Shown here: in pieces, positions 9,813-19,105 of the stretch
Layout of the letters: every line of letters begins with the position of its first letter
Position numbering within the stretch: position 1 is the stretch's first letter
From: Synechococcus sp.
Lineage (GTDB): Bacteria; Cyanobacteriota; Cyanobacteriia; PCC-6307; Cyanobiaceae
Length of the DNA: 64,000 nucleotides
Direction of reading: 5' to 3'
Assembly: GCA_047285805.1 (NCBI GenBank)
Contig: JBJBCN010000002.1
Location: 704,001-768,000 of the forward strand
Program-made: the position numbers and the translations under genes
The notes under the pieces: generated by a model
Told to the model about the DNA's origin: nothing
What the model saw: the letters and a program-made list of their open reading frames with translations, nothing else
The model's database searches: none

Positions 9813-11284
9813 TCCAAAAAAGCGATCCGACTGCGCCGTTCCAGAAGATCCTCGCTTGTCTTTGCCCACTCGAAGTGGATGTTGTAGCGCCACTCCGCTA
9901 GGCAGACCGGCGCCACCGCACTCAGGGGTGTGGCTTCGGACGAATCGATTCCCTGCCCAAGCACTTGCTCGGCTTGCAGGCCGTAGTTGGCGATCAGGTG
10001 ATCGATCTGTTGACGTTGCAGCGCACCCGTCGGGGTCAACTGCTCGAGCCGCTCGCGCAGCGCCGACAGAGAAGCCAGGGTCTGATCCGGACTCGAACCG
10101 GCCCCAAGCAAGGGCAACGGCTCTGGAGCAGGGAGTGTCTGGTTCAGCTGGGCTGCGATGGCCTTGAGGGCATCAAGGGCCAAGACCCGGCAGGTTGTCC
10201 ACTTGCCACCAAGCAGGCTGATCAGACCGCAGTCCAAGCGCTCGACTTCGTGTTCGCGCACCACCTTGCTGCTGCCGCGATCGGAGTCGGGCTGGATCAG
10301 GGGCCTGCCTCCCGCCCATCGACTCGAGACCGTCAAGGTGGTCTGGGCCGGGAACCAGCGCCGGACATGGTCCATGAGGAAGGTCTCCTCAGCGCCGGAG
10401 ACCGTGGTGGCGTCCGCGACCGCACAGGCGGAGTCGGTGGTGCCTACGAGGGTTCTCCCCTTGAAGGGCAAGACGAACATCACGCGGCCATCACTGGTCT
10501 TGGGAATTAAGAGTCCGGTGCCGGCTGGGCATAACTGCTGCTCAAGAACCAGATGCACACCGCGGCTGACCAGGAGCCGTTCCCGACAGTCGGGCTGGGC
10601 CAGGGCCCGAAGACGGTCGGCCTGAATGCCGGTGGCATTCACGATGCAACGGGCCGGCCAGCGGCTGGAGGATCCATCGCCATTACGCGTGAGCGCGGCC
10701 ACAACCTGGCCCCCGTCATGCTCAAAGTCGACGACAGCACAGTCCCGCTGGACGACGGCGCCAGCGGACTCGGCCGTGAGCAACAGCAGCAGGTTCAGCC
10801 GTGCATCGTCGAATTGACCATCGCTGTAGAACACCGCCCCATGGCGTTCAGGGTCCAAAGCCGGTAACACCGCTTGCAATTGCTGGCGGTTGATGCCGCG
10901 ACTGGGCTCCAGGCCGGCTGAACCAGCCAGGAGGTCGTACATCCCTAAACCCATTCGGTAATAGGCCTGCTCAACAGGCCCCTGGGTGGGCAGGGCAATG
11001 CGAAGGGGCTGGGCCAGAAACGGGGCCTGATCAATCCAGTACTGCCGCTCAGAGAGCGCTTCCCGCACCAACTTCAGCTGGGCGGGGTCCAGTTGTTTGA
11101 AGGCGAGCTCGAGGTAGCGAACACCGCCATGCAACAACTTCGTGCTGCGCGAACTGGTGCCCTGCCCGGGATCACCCGCCTCGAGCAGCGCAACCCGTAG
11201 TCCACGACGCACCCCTTCGTATGCCAGGGCAGCACCGCTGCTGCCCCCACCAACGATCAGCAGATCAAACCGATCCATCGCCAT
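9722..11284 (-). CDS. glpD: FAD-dependent glycerol-3-phosphate dehydrogenase
   Basis: GGGSSG, GTSSRSTKLLHGGVRYLE, GGKWTT. Confidence 0.92.
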   Translation of the reverse strand: MAMDRFDLLIVGGGSSGAALAYEGVRRGLRVALLEAGDPGQGTSSRSTKLLHGGVRYLELAFKQLDPAQLKLVREALSERQYWIDQAPFLAQPLRIALPTQGPVEQAYYRMGLGMYDLLAGSAGLEPSRGINRQQLQAVLPALDPERHGAVFYSDGQFDDARLNLLLLLTAESAGAVVQRDCAVVDFEHDGGQVVAALTRNGDGSSSRWPARCIVNATGIQADRLRALAQPDCRERLLVSRGVHLVLEQQLCPAGTGLLIPKTSDGRVMFVLPFKGRTLVGTTDSACAVADATTVSGAEETFLMDHVRRWFPAQTTLTVSSRWAGGRPLIQPDSDRGSSKVVREHEVERLDCGLISLLGGKWTTCRVLALDALKAIAAQLNQTLPAPEPLPLLGAGSSPDQTLASLSALRERLEQLTPTGALQRQQIDHLIANYGLQAEQVLGQGIDSSEATPLSAVAPVCLAEWRYNIHFEWAKTSEDLLERRSRIAFLDQAEADRLTPAAESLLLASSISPINHHPKP

Positions 11285-12779
11285 GCCACTGCAAACAACG
11301 TTCAACGGCCTGGTCCCAGCGGCGGCACCAGCGCTCCCGTTCGGATGCGTCACGCTGGGGAGTGACCTGGATCGAGGAGGCGCGGGTGGCCATGGCAATC
11401 GGCCCCAGATCGTTCAGCACCCCGGCGCCCTCACCGGCCATCAAGGCCACTCCGAAGGCCGTTGATTCGAGATTTGCCGGCCTGACCACCTGCACGCCGG
11501 CACTGTCGGCTTGAGCCTGGAGCAGGACCGCCGACGCGGCCGCTCCCCCGTCAACGGCAATTGTGTCCAAGGGAGCACCGAGCGCTTCAGCGGCACCACG
11601 CAACAGGCCGGTAACGGCTAGGGCGATACCCTCCAGTGCCGCACGGGCGATCTGCGGGGCAGCTGTGTCACGAGTCATGCCAATCAGCAGCGCCCGGGCG
11701 TTGGGATCCCAGTGAGGGGATCCCCAGCCGGTGAAGGCCGGCACGAGCATCAATTCACCCGCGCTCTCCACCATGGAGGCCAGGGCATCGACCTCGGAGG
11801 ACTCGCTAATGATTCCTAGGCCATCGCGCAGCCACTGGATCACCGTTCCGGCATTGAAGAGACTGCCCTCAATGCAATAGGTAGTGCTGCCGTCGGCGTT
11901 GCTCCAACCGACCGTGCTCAAGAGCCCCCCTGCAGCCCGTTGCGGGCGTAGGCCACTGTTCACCACCAGAAAGGCACCGGTGCCGTAGGTGCACTTCGCT
12001 TGGCCCGGTTCGAAGCAGAACTGGCCATAACTCGCCGCCTGCTGGTCACCCAGCATTGCCGTGATGGGGGTACCGGCGAAGGGAAGCCCCTCCGCGATGA
12101 CGGCAAAGGCGCTTCGGGTTGGCAGTAGTTCAGGGAGGGCAGCGGCCGTTAATCCGACGCGTTGGATCGCTTCCGACAACCAGCACAACTGCTCAAGGTC
12201 CAGCAACAACGTCCGACTGGCATTGCTGATGTCGGTGGCATGGCGTGTTCCGCCGCTGAGGTGCCACAGCAGCCAGCTGTCGACGGTGCCAAAGCAAAGG
12301 TCATCGGCGGCCAGAGCCTGCCGGGCCTCAGGATGGGCCTCGAGCATCCAGGCGATCTTGCTGGCACTGAAATAAGGGTCCAGCACCAGTCCAGTCTGGC
12401 GCTGCCAAGACTCGGAAAAGGATTCACTCTTCCAGCCCGCGCAAATCGACGCTGTGCGACGGTCCTGCCAAACCAGGGATGGGCCGAAGGCTTCGCCCGT
12501 GCTGCGGCGCCAGAGCGTGGTTGTCTCCCTTTGGTTGGTGATCCCGCAGGCACAAACCGATTGGCGCTGCTCTGGGCTCAAGCGCTGCTCCAGCAAGGCC
12601 ATGGCCTCCAGTTGGCTTTGCCAGATCGCGGCGGCGTCCTGTTCGACCCAGCCATCACTGGGGTACTGAATCGCTAGAGGCACCTGGGCGGAGGCGACCG
12701 TGACACCGCGGGCGTCGAAAAGAACCGCGCGGGAGCTGCTGGTGCCCTGATCAAGGGCTAGGAGATAGGACTCGGACAC
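11265..12779 (-). CDS. glpK: Glycerol kinase
   Basis: ALDQGTSSSR, GITNQRETT, WQDRRT, GDQQAA, KCTYGTG; GTG start inferred. Confidence 0.93.
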   Translation of the reverse strand: MSESYLLALDQGTSSSRAVLFDARGVTVASAQVPLAIQYPSDGWVEQDAAAIWQSQLEAMALLEQRLSPEQRQSVCACGITNQRETTTLWRRSTGEAFGPSLVWQDRRTASICAGWKSESFSESWQRQTGLVLDPYFSASKIAWMLEAHPEARQALAADDLCFGTVDSWLLWHLSGGTRHATDISNASRTLLLDLEQLCWLSEAIQRVGLTAAALPELLPTRSAFAVIAEGLPFAGTPITAMLGDQQAASYGQFCFEPGQAKCTYGTGAFLVVNSGLRPQRAAGGLLSTVGWSNADGSTTYCIEGSLFNAGTVIQWLRDGLGIISESSEVDALASMVESAGELMLVPAFTGWGSPHWDPNARALLIGMTRDTAAPQIARAALEGIALAVTGLLRGAAEALGAPLDTIAVDGGAAASAVLLQAQADSAGVQVVRPANLESTAFGVALMAGEGAGVLNDLGPIAMATRASSIQVTPQRDASERERWCRRWDQAVERCLQWHGDGSV

Positions 12780-12880
12780 AGGCAAAAGGGTTTCCCCACT
12801 CTTACGGGTATCCCCTGGATCTGTCAGGGCCTTGACGCAGCACGAGACAGTGGGAGCCTCAGAGCCGGTCACTGTTGTTC

Positions 12881-13912
12881 ATGGTCTCAATGTCAACGCT
12901 CCTGCCGGCCTTGTTGGCCTTGATCGGTGGGGGGTTGCTCTCGCTTCTCGTCGCGCGGGTCTTTGGGGTCGTCTTTGGTCGCCTGACCCGGAAGACGAGG
13001 AGTGAAACAGACGACTTCATCGTTCAGGTCATCGTCGAGACAATCCCGATCCTGGGTTGGGTGGTCAGCGCAAGCTGGGCCTGGTGGCTCATCCCAACCG
13101 CGCCGGAAGCGGATCGGGTGGTCTTCACCATCACCAAGCTGATCCTGGGGGTCTTCCTGGTGCGGCTCGTGAACCGCATCAGCCTGCGTCTTCTGCAACG
13201 CTCCGCGATCCACAGCGGTGACCCTGCCGTGGGGAGCATGCTCCGGGCCCTCGCCCCGATGTTGCGCTCCCTGGTCTGGTGCGTGGGCGCCGTCCTCTAT
13301 CTCCAAAACATCGGCGTCCAAATGGCGGCAATCTGGGCCCTCCTCAGCGCCGGTGGAATTGGCGCGGGCTTGGCGTTAAAACAGCCAGTCTCCGAATTTT
13401 TTGAATACATCACGATCCTCCTGGACAAGCCCTTCCAAACCGGTCAATTCATCAACGTCGGCGAGGTCTGGGGAACGGTGGAACGGGTCGGCGTGCGCTC
13501 CTCCCGTCTACGCAGCGTCAACGGCGAGACAATCGTGATGAGCAACAGCGCCCTCACCAGCTCGGTGGTGGCCAATTACGGAGAAATGCAAGAGCGGCGG
13601 CTGATCTATCGCTTGGGGGTGACCTACGACACCAGCCAGGCCGTTTTGGAGCAGATACCGTGCCTGCTGAAGGCCATCGTTGAGCAGGGCGGGGATGCCC
13701 GCTTTGACCGGGCCCATTTCGTGGCGTTCAACAGCAGCAGCCTCGACTTTGAGTTGGTCTATTTCGTTCCCTCCAGCGACTACATCCAGGCCATGGAGGC
13801 CCAGCAACGGATCAATCTCGACATCGTTCAACGCTTCGCGCAGGAGGGAATTGAGTTCGCCTTCCCCACCCAGACCCTGCACGTTCACAGAGCCTTGGAT
13901 ACTGGGGTCTAA
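12881..13912 (+). CDS. Small-conductance mechanosensitive channel (MscS family)
   Basis: TM region, DKPFQTG, GTVERVGVRSSRL, GIEFAFPTQTL. Confidence 0.9.
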   Translation: MVSMSTLLPALLALIGGGLLSLLVARVFGVVFGRLTRKTRSETDDFIVQVIVETIPILGWVVSASWAWWLIPTAPEADRVVFTITKLILGVFLVRLVNRISLRLLQRSAIHSGDPAVGSMLRALAPMLRSLVWCVGAVLYLQNIGVQMAAIWALLSAGGIGAGLALKQPVSEFFEYITILLDKPFQTGQFINVGEVWGTVERVGVRSSRLRSVNGETIVMSNSALTSSVVANYGEMQERRLIYRLGVTYDTSQAVLEQIPCLLKAIVEQGGDARFDRAHFVAFNSSSLDFELVYFVPSSDYIQAMEAQQRINLDIVQRFAQEGIEFAFPTQTLHVHRALDTGV

Positions 13913-13973
13913 CCCCACTTGCTATGATGGGTACTTGGGCGAATTGCCCAATGTTGTGTTTTAGAAGACGGTC

Positions 13974-14210
13974 ATGTCCCGGGTCTGCCAACTCACCGGC
14001 AAGCGTGCCAACAACGGTATGGCCGTCTCGCACTCCCACATCCGCACCAAGAAGCTTCAGCAGGTGAACCTGCAAGAGCGCCGTCTGTGGTGGGCTGAGG
14101 GGAACCGCTACGTCAAGCTCCGGGTCTCCACCCGAGCTATCAAGACCATCCAGAAAAAGGGTCTTGGCGCCTACGCCAAGCAGCTCGGCATCAACCTGGC
14201 CAAGATCTGA
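13974..14210 (+). CDS. rpmB: 50S ribosomal protein L28
   Basis: [22 protein letters not shown]. Confidence 0.97.
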   Translation: MSRVCQLTGKRANNGMAVSHSHIRTKKLQQVNLQERRLWWAEGNRYVKLRVSTRAIKTIQKKGLGAYAKQLGINLAKI

Positions 14211-14241
14211 GCTTCAATTCTGAGAGTTCCTCAGGATTCCT

Positions 14242-14802
14242 TTGAAGCGCCGCGATCTGCTCTTCTCCTTTGGTGCTGCGGCCGTCGGCCTGCTGGGAGT
14301 CCCCCGGCAGGCTTTTTCAATGGGCGGCACCTTGCCCGAGCTCAACCTGCCGGCGCCAGGATTCACGCTCCCGGGCGTCGTTCCCAGCGCCGATGGTGCG
14401 ATCGAAGCCGAGCGCAGCCTGGCTGACTTTCAAGGCCAGTGGCTGGTCCTCTACTTCTATCCCCGCGACTTCACCGAAGGCTGCACAATCGAGGCCAAGG
14501 GCTTTCAACGGGACCTTGCGCGTTTCCATTCACTCAATGCCGAGGTCGTGGGCATCAGCGCCGACGACACGGACTCCCATAAGGAGTTCTGCGGCAGTGA
14601 AGCGCTTAGCTACCCACTGCTCTCGGATCCTGGCGGGCAGACAAGCAAACGTTATGGCAGCTGGATTCCCCCCTTCTCACAACGGCACACCTTCCTAATT
14701 GACCCCAAGGGGGTGCTCCGAGAGACCTGGCTAGGCGTCCGGCCGTTAGCGCACAGCCAGGAGATCCTGAAGGTTCTGGGGGAACTCCAAGCGGCTGGCT
14801 AA
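14242..14802 (+). CDS. bcp: Peroxiredoxin Q/BCP family
   Basis: LYFYPRDFTEGCTIEA; N-terminal RR-type signal. Confidence 0.88.
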   Translation: MKRRDLLFSFGAAAVGLLGVPRQAFSMGGTLPELNLPAPGFTLPGVVPSADGAIEAERSLADFQGQWLVLYFYPRDFTEGCTIEAKGFQRDLARFHSLNAEVVGISADDTDSHKEFCGSEALSYPLLSDPGGQTSKRYGSWIPPFSQRHTFLIDPKGVLRETWLGVRPLAHSQEILKVLGELQAAG

Positions 14803-14812
14803 CCAATCAGCC

Positions 14813-14992
14813 TCAGCCGAGATGTTGGCGAAACCGTTGTTCCATAAGGCGCAGGTGCGCCTGTCCAGCCGGAAGGCTGTCGCAGAAGAGGCAGATCCCT
14901 TGAAAACACACCTGGAACAATTCGCCCTCACTCGAGCGAAGTTGGTAAATGGCTCCACCTTGGGGATCAACCAACACAGGGGACTGGGCCAT
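14813..14992 (-). CDS. Small hypothetical protein
   Basis: 59-aa ORF MAQSPVLVDP...; Cys-containing, divergent from the ATP-grasp operon. Confidence 0.55.
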   Translation of the reverse strand: MAQSPVLVDPQGGAIYQLRSSEGELFQVCFQGICLFCDSLPAGQAHLRLMEQRFRQHLG

Positions 14993-15087
14993 AGATGTGC
15001 AGGAGGAACGACCAGAGGCTGACGCAACAGCGGAGCAGCTGCCATAGGTGCTTCGACTCAAGTCCGTGGCTGGATAAAGACCTACCC

Positions 15088-15101
15088 GTAGCAAGCGCTA
15101 C
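15088..15101. promoter_or_regulatory. NtcA-type box GTA-N8-TAC
   Basis: GTAGCAAGCGCTAC within the palindrome CCCGTAGC...GCTACGGG. Confidence 0.6.
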
Positions 15102-15127
15102 GGGGCGTCTTCAGGGTGATTTTTTCG

Positions 15128-15169
15128 GTAGCAATCACAACCCGGAGGGACCAGACGGCTCTGCATGAT
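15128..15169 (+). promoter_or_regulatory. Putative NtcA-activated promoter (GTA-N8-AAC, N22, CATGAT)
   Basis: Class II NtcA spacing, directly upstream of ATG 15191. Confidence 0.45.
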
Positions 15170-15190
15170 CGACTCAACTCTGGTCCGACA

Positions 15191-16630
15191 ATGTTTACCG
15201 CGTACAGGCCAAAGAAGGGGTACGACGAATACTTCAACGCCGCAGATACACCGCGTTCGGCACTGAAGCCACTGGTCCATTCCCTCGGAGCTCTGGGACT
15301 GGATCATCTCAACCGAAACCATGCGGCTGCCGGGGTTCTTCTGAAACGGCTGGGTGCAACCTTCAGGTTGAACGACTCAGGTGGACGCGTGGGTGAACGG
15401 ATCCTCCCTTTTGATCCCCTACCGCGCTTGATTCCAGCAGGGGAGTGGGAGCAACTCGAGCGAGGCCTGGCCCAGCGCTTGGAGGCCATCGATCTGTTCT
15501 TGGCCGATGTCTATGGCCCGCAGCGGATCATCCAAGACGGGATCATCCCCCGGGAGCATGTCGAGAGTTCACAGGGCTGGAGACCGGTCCTGCAGGGGGT
15601 CAAACCACCTCTCGATAAGTGGTGCCAAATCTCTGGCCTGGACCTCATCCGGGATGGCGAGGGAACCTGGCACGTGCTCGAAGACAACCTGCGCTGCCCC
15701 TCCGGTGTCGCCTACTTCCTCGAAAACAGGCGGGTGATGAAGCGGATGTTCCCTAGCCTCTTTAGCGGGCGGGTCGTTCAGCCAATAGATCGCTATCCCT
15801 CACAACTGCTAAAAACCCTGCGGGAATTGGCTCCCTGGACGGAAACACCGCGGGTGGTCTTGCTCACTCCAGGGGTACTCAACAGCGCCTATTTCGAGCA
15901 CAGCTATCTGGCTCAACAAATGGGCATCCCACTGGTAGAAGGTCGAGATTTGGCCTGTGAAGAAGGCAGGGTATGGATGCGAACAACGCGCGGACTGGAA
16001 GCGGTTGATGTTATTTATCGGCGCATCGATGACGACTTCCTCGATCCCGCCGTCTTCCGCAGCGATTCGATGTTGGGCGTGCGCGGGTTGCTGGAGGTTT
16101 ACGCCCAGGGACGTGTCGCTATTGCCAATGCCCCCGGCACCGGCATTGCCGACGACAAGTTGATATATGCCTTTGTCCCCGACATGGTGCGCTACTACCT
16201 CGGCGAAGAGCCAATTATCGCGAACGTTCCCACCTATCTCTGCTCCAGGCGACAGGATCAGGCGTATGTACTGGCCCACCTCAGGGAGCTGGTGGTCAAG
16301 GCCGTCTCTGAAGCCGGGGGCTATGGAATGTTGATCGGCCCCCACGCCAGCAGCGACGAAATCGAAAAGTTCGCCGCCAAGATCCAAGCCAACCCCCGGA
16401 ACTTCATCGCCCAACCGACGCTGGAGCTCTCGACGGTCCCCTCGCTGAGTGACGGCGAGCTTTATCCCTGCCATGTGGATCTGAGGCCGTACATCCTCCG
16501 TGGCAACAGCACCTGGGTCACGCCCGGTGGCTTGACCCGCGTGGCTCTCAAGCGCGGATCGCTGGTAGTGAACTCCTCCCAGGGCGGTGGTTGCAAGGAC
16601 ACCTGGATCGTGGAGGACGGCCGATGCTAA
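15191..16630 (+). CDS. Circularly permuted type-2 ATP-grasp protein
   Basis: VLEDNLRCPSG, NSAYFEH, VIYRRIDDDFLDP, GGLTRVAL, VVNSSQGGGCKDTW. Confidence 0.92.
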   Translation: MFTAYRPKKGYDEYFNAADTPRSALKPLVHSLGALGLDHLNRNHAAAGVLLKRLGATFRLNDSGGRVGERILPFDPLPRLIPAGEWEQLERGLAQRLEAIDLFLADVYGPQRIIQDGIIPREHVESSQGWRPVLQGVKPPLDKWCQISGLDLIRDGEGTWHVLEDNLRCPSGVAYFLENRRVMKRMFPSLFSGRVVQPIDRYPSQLLKTLRELAPWTETPRVVLLTPGVLNSAYFEHSYLAQQMGIPLVEGRDLACEEGRVWMRTTRGLEAVDVIYRRIDDDFLDPAVFRSDSMLGVRGLLEVYAQGRVAIANAPGTGIADDKLIYAFVPDMVRYYLGEEPIIANVPTYLCSRRQDQAYVLAHLRELVVKAVSEAGGYGMLIGPHASSDEIEKFAAKIQANPRNFIAQPTLELSTVPSLSDGELYPCHVDLRPYILRGNSTWVTPGGLTRVALKRGSLVVNSSQGGGCKDTWIVEDGRC

Positions 16631-17661
16631 GCCGCGTTGCCGACTCCCTGTATTGGATCAACCGCTATGTCGAGCGGGCTGAGAACATCTCCCGCTTTGT
16701 CGAGGTCAGTGAGGCGATGGCCCTGGACTGTCCTCCGGGTAGTGCAGAACCTTGGCAACCCCTCATCTATGCCAGTGGACATCGCACCCTCTTTGATGCG
16801 GTCTACCCCGATGGTGGGCCACAGAAGGTCGTCGAGTTCCTTGTGCGGGCGGAAGCCAACCCGAGCAGCATCGTCAACTGCATCGCCATGGCCCGGGAGA
16901 ACGCTAGGCAAATCCGTGATGTGATCACCAGCGAAATGTGGGAGCACCTCAACGGTCTCTACTGGACCCTGGTGGAGAACGAGTGTTTCTGGGAGGAACC
17001 AACCCAGGAGCAGCTCCGGGAGATTCGCCGAGGTTGTCAGCTTTTCTATGGCATCGCGGATGCCACGTTGAGCCGGGACCTCAGCTGGCAGTTCAGCAGG
17101 CTCGGCCGACTGATTGAGCGAGCGGACAAAACGACCCGCATCCTCGACGTGAAGTATTTCCTGCTGCTGCCCAGTCCCGATGACGTCGGTGGCGTGCTCG
17201 ACGAACTGCAGTGGATGTCTCTGTTGCACAGTGCCGGTGCCTATCAGATGTTTCGCCAATCCAATGTCGGTGACATCTCTCCAGAAGGGGTGGCAGCCTT
17301 TCTGCTGCTGAACCCGCTCTTCCCGCGCTCGGTCCGCTACTGCCTTGAGCGAATCCACGAGACCCTCCAGCTGATCGGCCGAGAATCCGCGCAGGGAACA
17401 CCCGATGACCTGGAGTGCAGGGTGGGACTTACGCAGGCCCGGTGGAGTTACACCAAAATCGACAAGCTGATCGCCGGAGGGCTGCATGAAGCCATCGATG
17501 AGTTGCAGCAGGACTTGAACGAACTCCACAACCTGATTCACGACCGCTATTTCGTCCTCCCTGGAGGCCTCAGCCCAGACGACGACACGGTGATCCCTAT
17601 GAAACAGAGCGCTTTAACAAACACGGCCTCTGATCAAGATCTGGCATGCACGCCCGCTTAA
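16624..17661 (+). CDS. Alpha-E domain protein
   Basis: MLSRVADSLYWINRYVERAEN, ARENAR, IERADKT, FPRS. Confidence 0.92.
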   Translation: MLSRVADSLYWINRYVERAENISRFVEVSEAMALDCPPGSAEPWQPLIYASGHRTLFDAVYPDGGPQKVVEFLVRAEANPSSIVNCIAMARENARQIRDVITSEMWEHLNGLYWTLVENECFWEEPTQEQLREIRRGCQLFYGIADATLSRDLSWQFSRLGRLIERADKTTRILDVKYFLLLPSPDDVGGVLDELQWMSLLHSAGAYQMFRQSNVGDISPEGVAAFLLLNPLFPRSVRYCLERIHETLQLIGRESAQGTPDDLECRVGLTQARWSYTKIDKLIAGGLHEAIDELQQDLNELHNLIHDRYFVLPGGLSPDDDTVIPMKQSALTNTASDQDLACTPA

Positions 17662-18518
17662 TACACCGCTTCAACTACTGCTACACCCAACCCGTCCTGC
17701 TGGGATCGCATCGCTTTTGCCTGCGGCCCAGGCCCCACGGCTTCCAACGCTTGATTGACTTCAAATTGGAGATCAGCCCCGAACCCAGTCAGCTCTACGA
17801 GCTTATGGCTGCAGGCGGTGACACGATTACGCGGGCTCGCTTTCTGCAGGAAACAGAGGTCTTTCAGGTGGTCGCGACCAGCGAAGTGGAAACCTTCACC
17901 CCACCGCTGATTGAAGCCTGTCTGGACGAGAGCATGCTGCGGTTACCACTCACCATCGGCAGGCTCAATCCGGATTTGATGAGCAACCTCCAAGGCTGGT
18001 TACCGAATGGGCAACACGATGCCGCCGCCGTCGATCTCGCCCAGGAAGCTCTCACGGGCAGCGACGGGAGTTGCTTGAGCTTCCTGCAACAACTCATCGA
18101 AATCATTCAGGACCGGGTGAAGTACACCGAGCGGCATGAGGGACCCGCTTGGCCAGCAGGTCAAACCCTCAAGGAGCGCATCGGCTCCTGCCGTGATCTC
18201 GCGATGTTGATGATCGAGTGCTGCCGCAGTGTCGGGCTTCCAGCTCGATTTGTCAGCGGCTATCACCTGGTAGAGCCCAAGCCGGGCCACTACGACCTCC
18301 ACGCCTGGACGGAGGTCTATCTGCAGGGAGCTGGTTGGCGAGGATTTGATGCCAGCGGACAAGGGGCGGTGGATGATCGCTACATCCCCGTGGTGACCTC
18401 CTCCAAATCAGAATTGACCGCGGCGGTGAGTGGAACCTTCTCCGGCCCAACAGGGGTCCAAAGCAGCTTGGCCTGGGAGATTGAGGCCGAACTGCTCAGC
18501 CCAGCCTCTCGCCAATAG
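17646..18518 (+). CDS. Transglutaminase-like protein
   Basis: GSCRDLA, ARFVSGY, LHAWTEVY, GFD catalytic triad. Confidence 0.92.
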   Translation: MHARLIHRFNYCYTQPVLLGSHRFCLRPRPHGFQRLIDFKLEISPEPSQLYELMAAGGDTITRARFLQETEVFQVVATSEVETFTPPLIEACLDESMLRLPLTIGRLNPDLMSNLQGWLPNGQHDAAAVDLAQEALTGSDGSCLSFLQQLIEIIQDRVKYTERHEGPAWPAGQTLKERIGSCRDLAMLMIECCRSVGLPARFVSGYHLVEPKPGHYDLHAWTEVYLQGAGWRGFDASGQGAVDDRYIPVVTSSKSELTAAVSGTFSGPTGVQSSLAWEIEAELLSPASRQ

Positions 18519-18523
18519 CGGCT

Positions 18524-19000
18524 CTACCAACTCACGCCGTGCAACTTGGGCAAGGGAGCACTGCGGTAGGTCGTCGCAAAGAGCCGAGGAATCAGCCTGC
18601 TGTTGTACACACGAAATTCACGGGTCACGCAGACGTCGGGCTCACGAATGGCCTGATTGAGGACCACAGAGCCCTCCTCGTCGGAGATCGAACGATGAAA
18701 CGTTCCTGGTGGAATCCGCAGGATGTCGCCGCCGGTGTCCAGACGAACAATGTGATACGGGTAACTCCAACCAAAATTGACCAGAAAGAAGACACGCCCA
18801 CCCGTGAGAGCGAGCAGGTTGTCCTCCTGGTGCGGGTGCAAATAAAACTGCCAGGCCCCCGTGTTGGCATCATCGGGTGGGCTCACCGCTGGCCCGCTGT
18901 GGATGACCAAATCGCGGGCGTTGGACTGATCAACCGTGATGTCGAAGAAACGAACCGCCGGCGTATCGCGGAACTTCTCGTAGGGAATCAGCTCAAACAT
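18524..19000 (-). CDS. Cupin-fold conserved cyanobacterial protein
   Basis: FYLHPHQEDNL and IPPGTFHRS cupin motifs. Confidence 0.75.
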   Translation of the reverse strand: MFELIPYEKFRDTPAVRFFDITVDQSNARDLVIHSGPAVSPPDDANTGAWQFYLHPHQEDNLLALTGGRVFFLVNFGWSYPYHIVRLDTGGDILRIPPGTFHRSISDEEGSVVLNQAIREPDVCVTREFRVYNSRLIPRLFATTYRSAPLPKLHGVSW

Positions 19001-19105
19001 TTGAGTTTGGGATGACTCCATTGACTGCCGAGCGCTGGCTCAATGAACCGCACACCGTTGTCGACGAGCAGTGTGCTGGGATACCTAATAGCGAATTACT
19101 GCGGG

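Noticed and set aside
16627..17541. Long antisense ORFs (also 33311-34144, 56700-57578, 52419-53336 and others)
   Set aside because: Alternative-frame shadows of well-supported genes in GC-rich DNA
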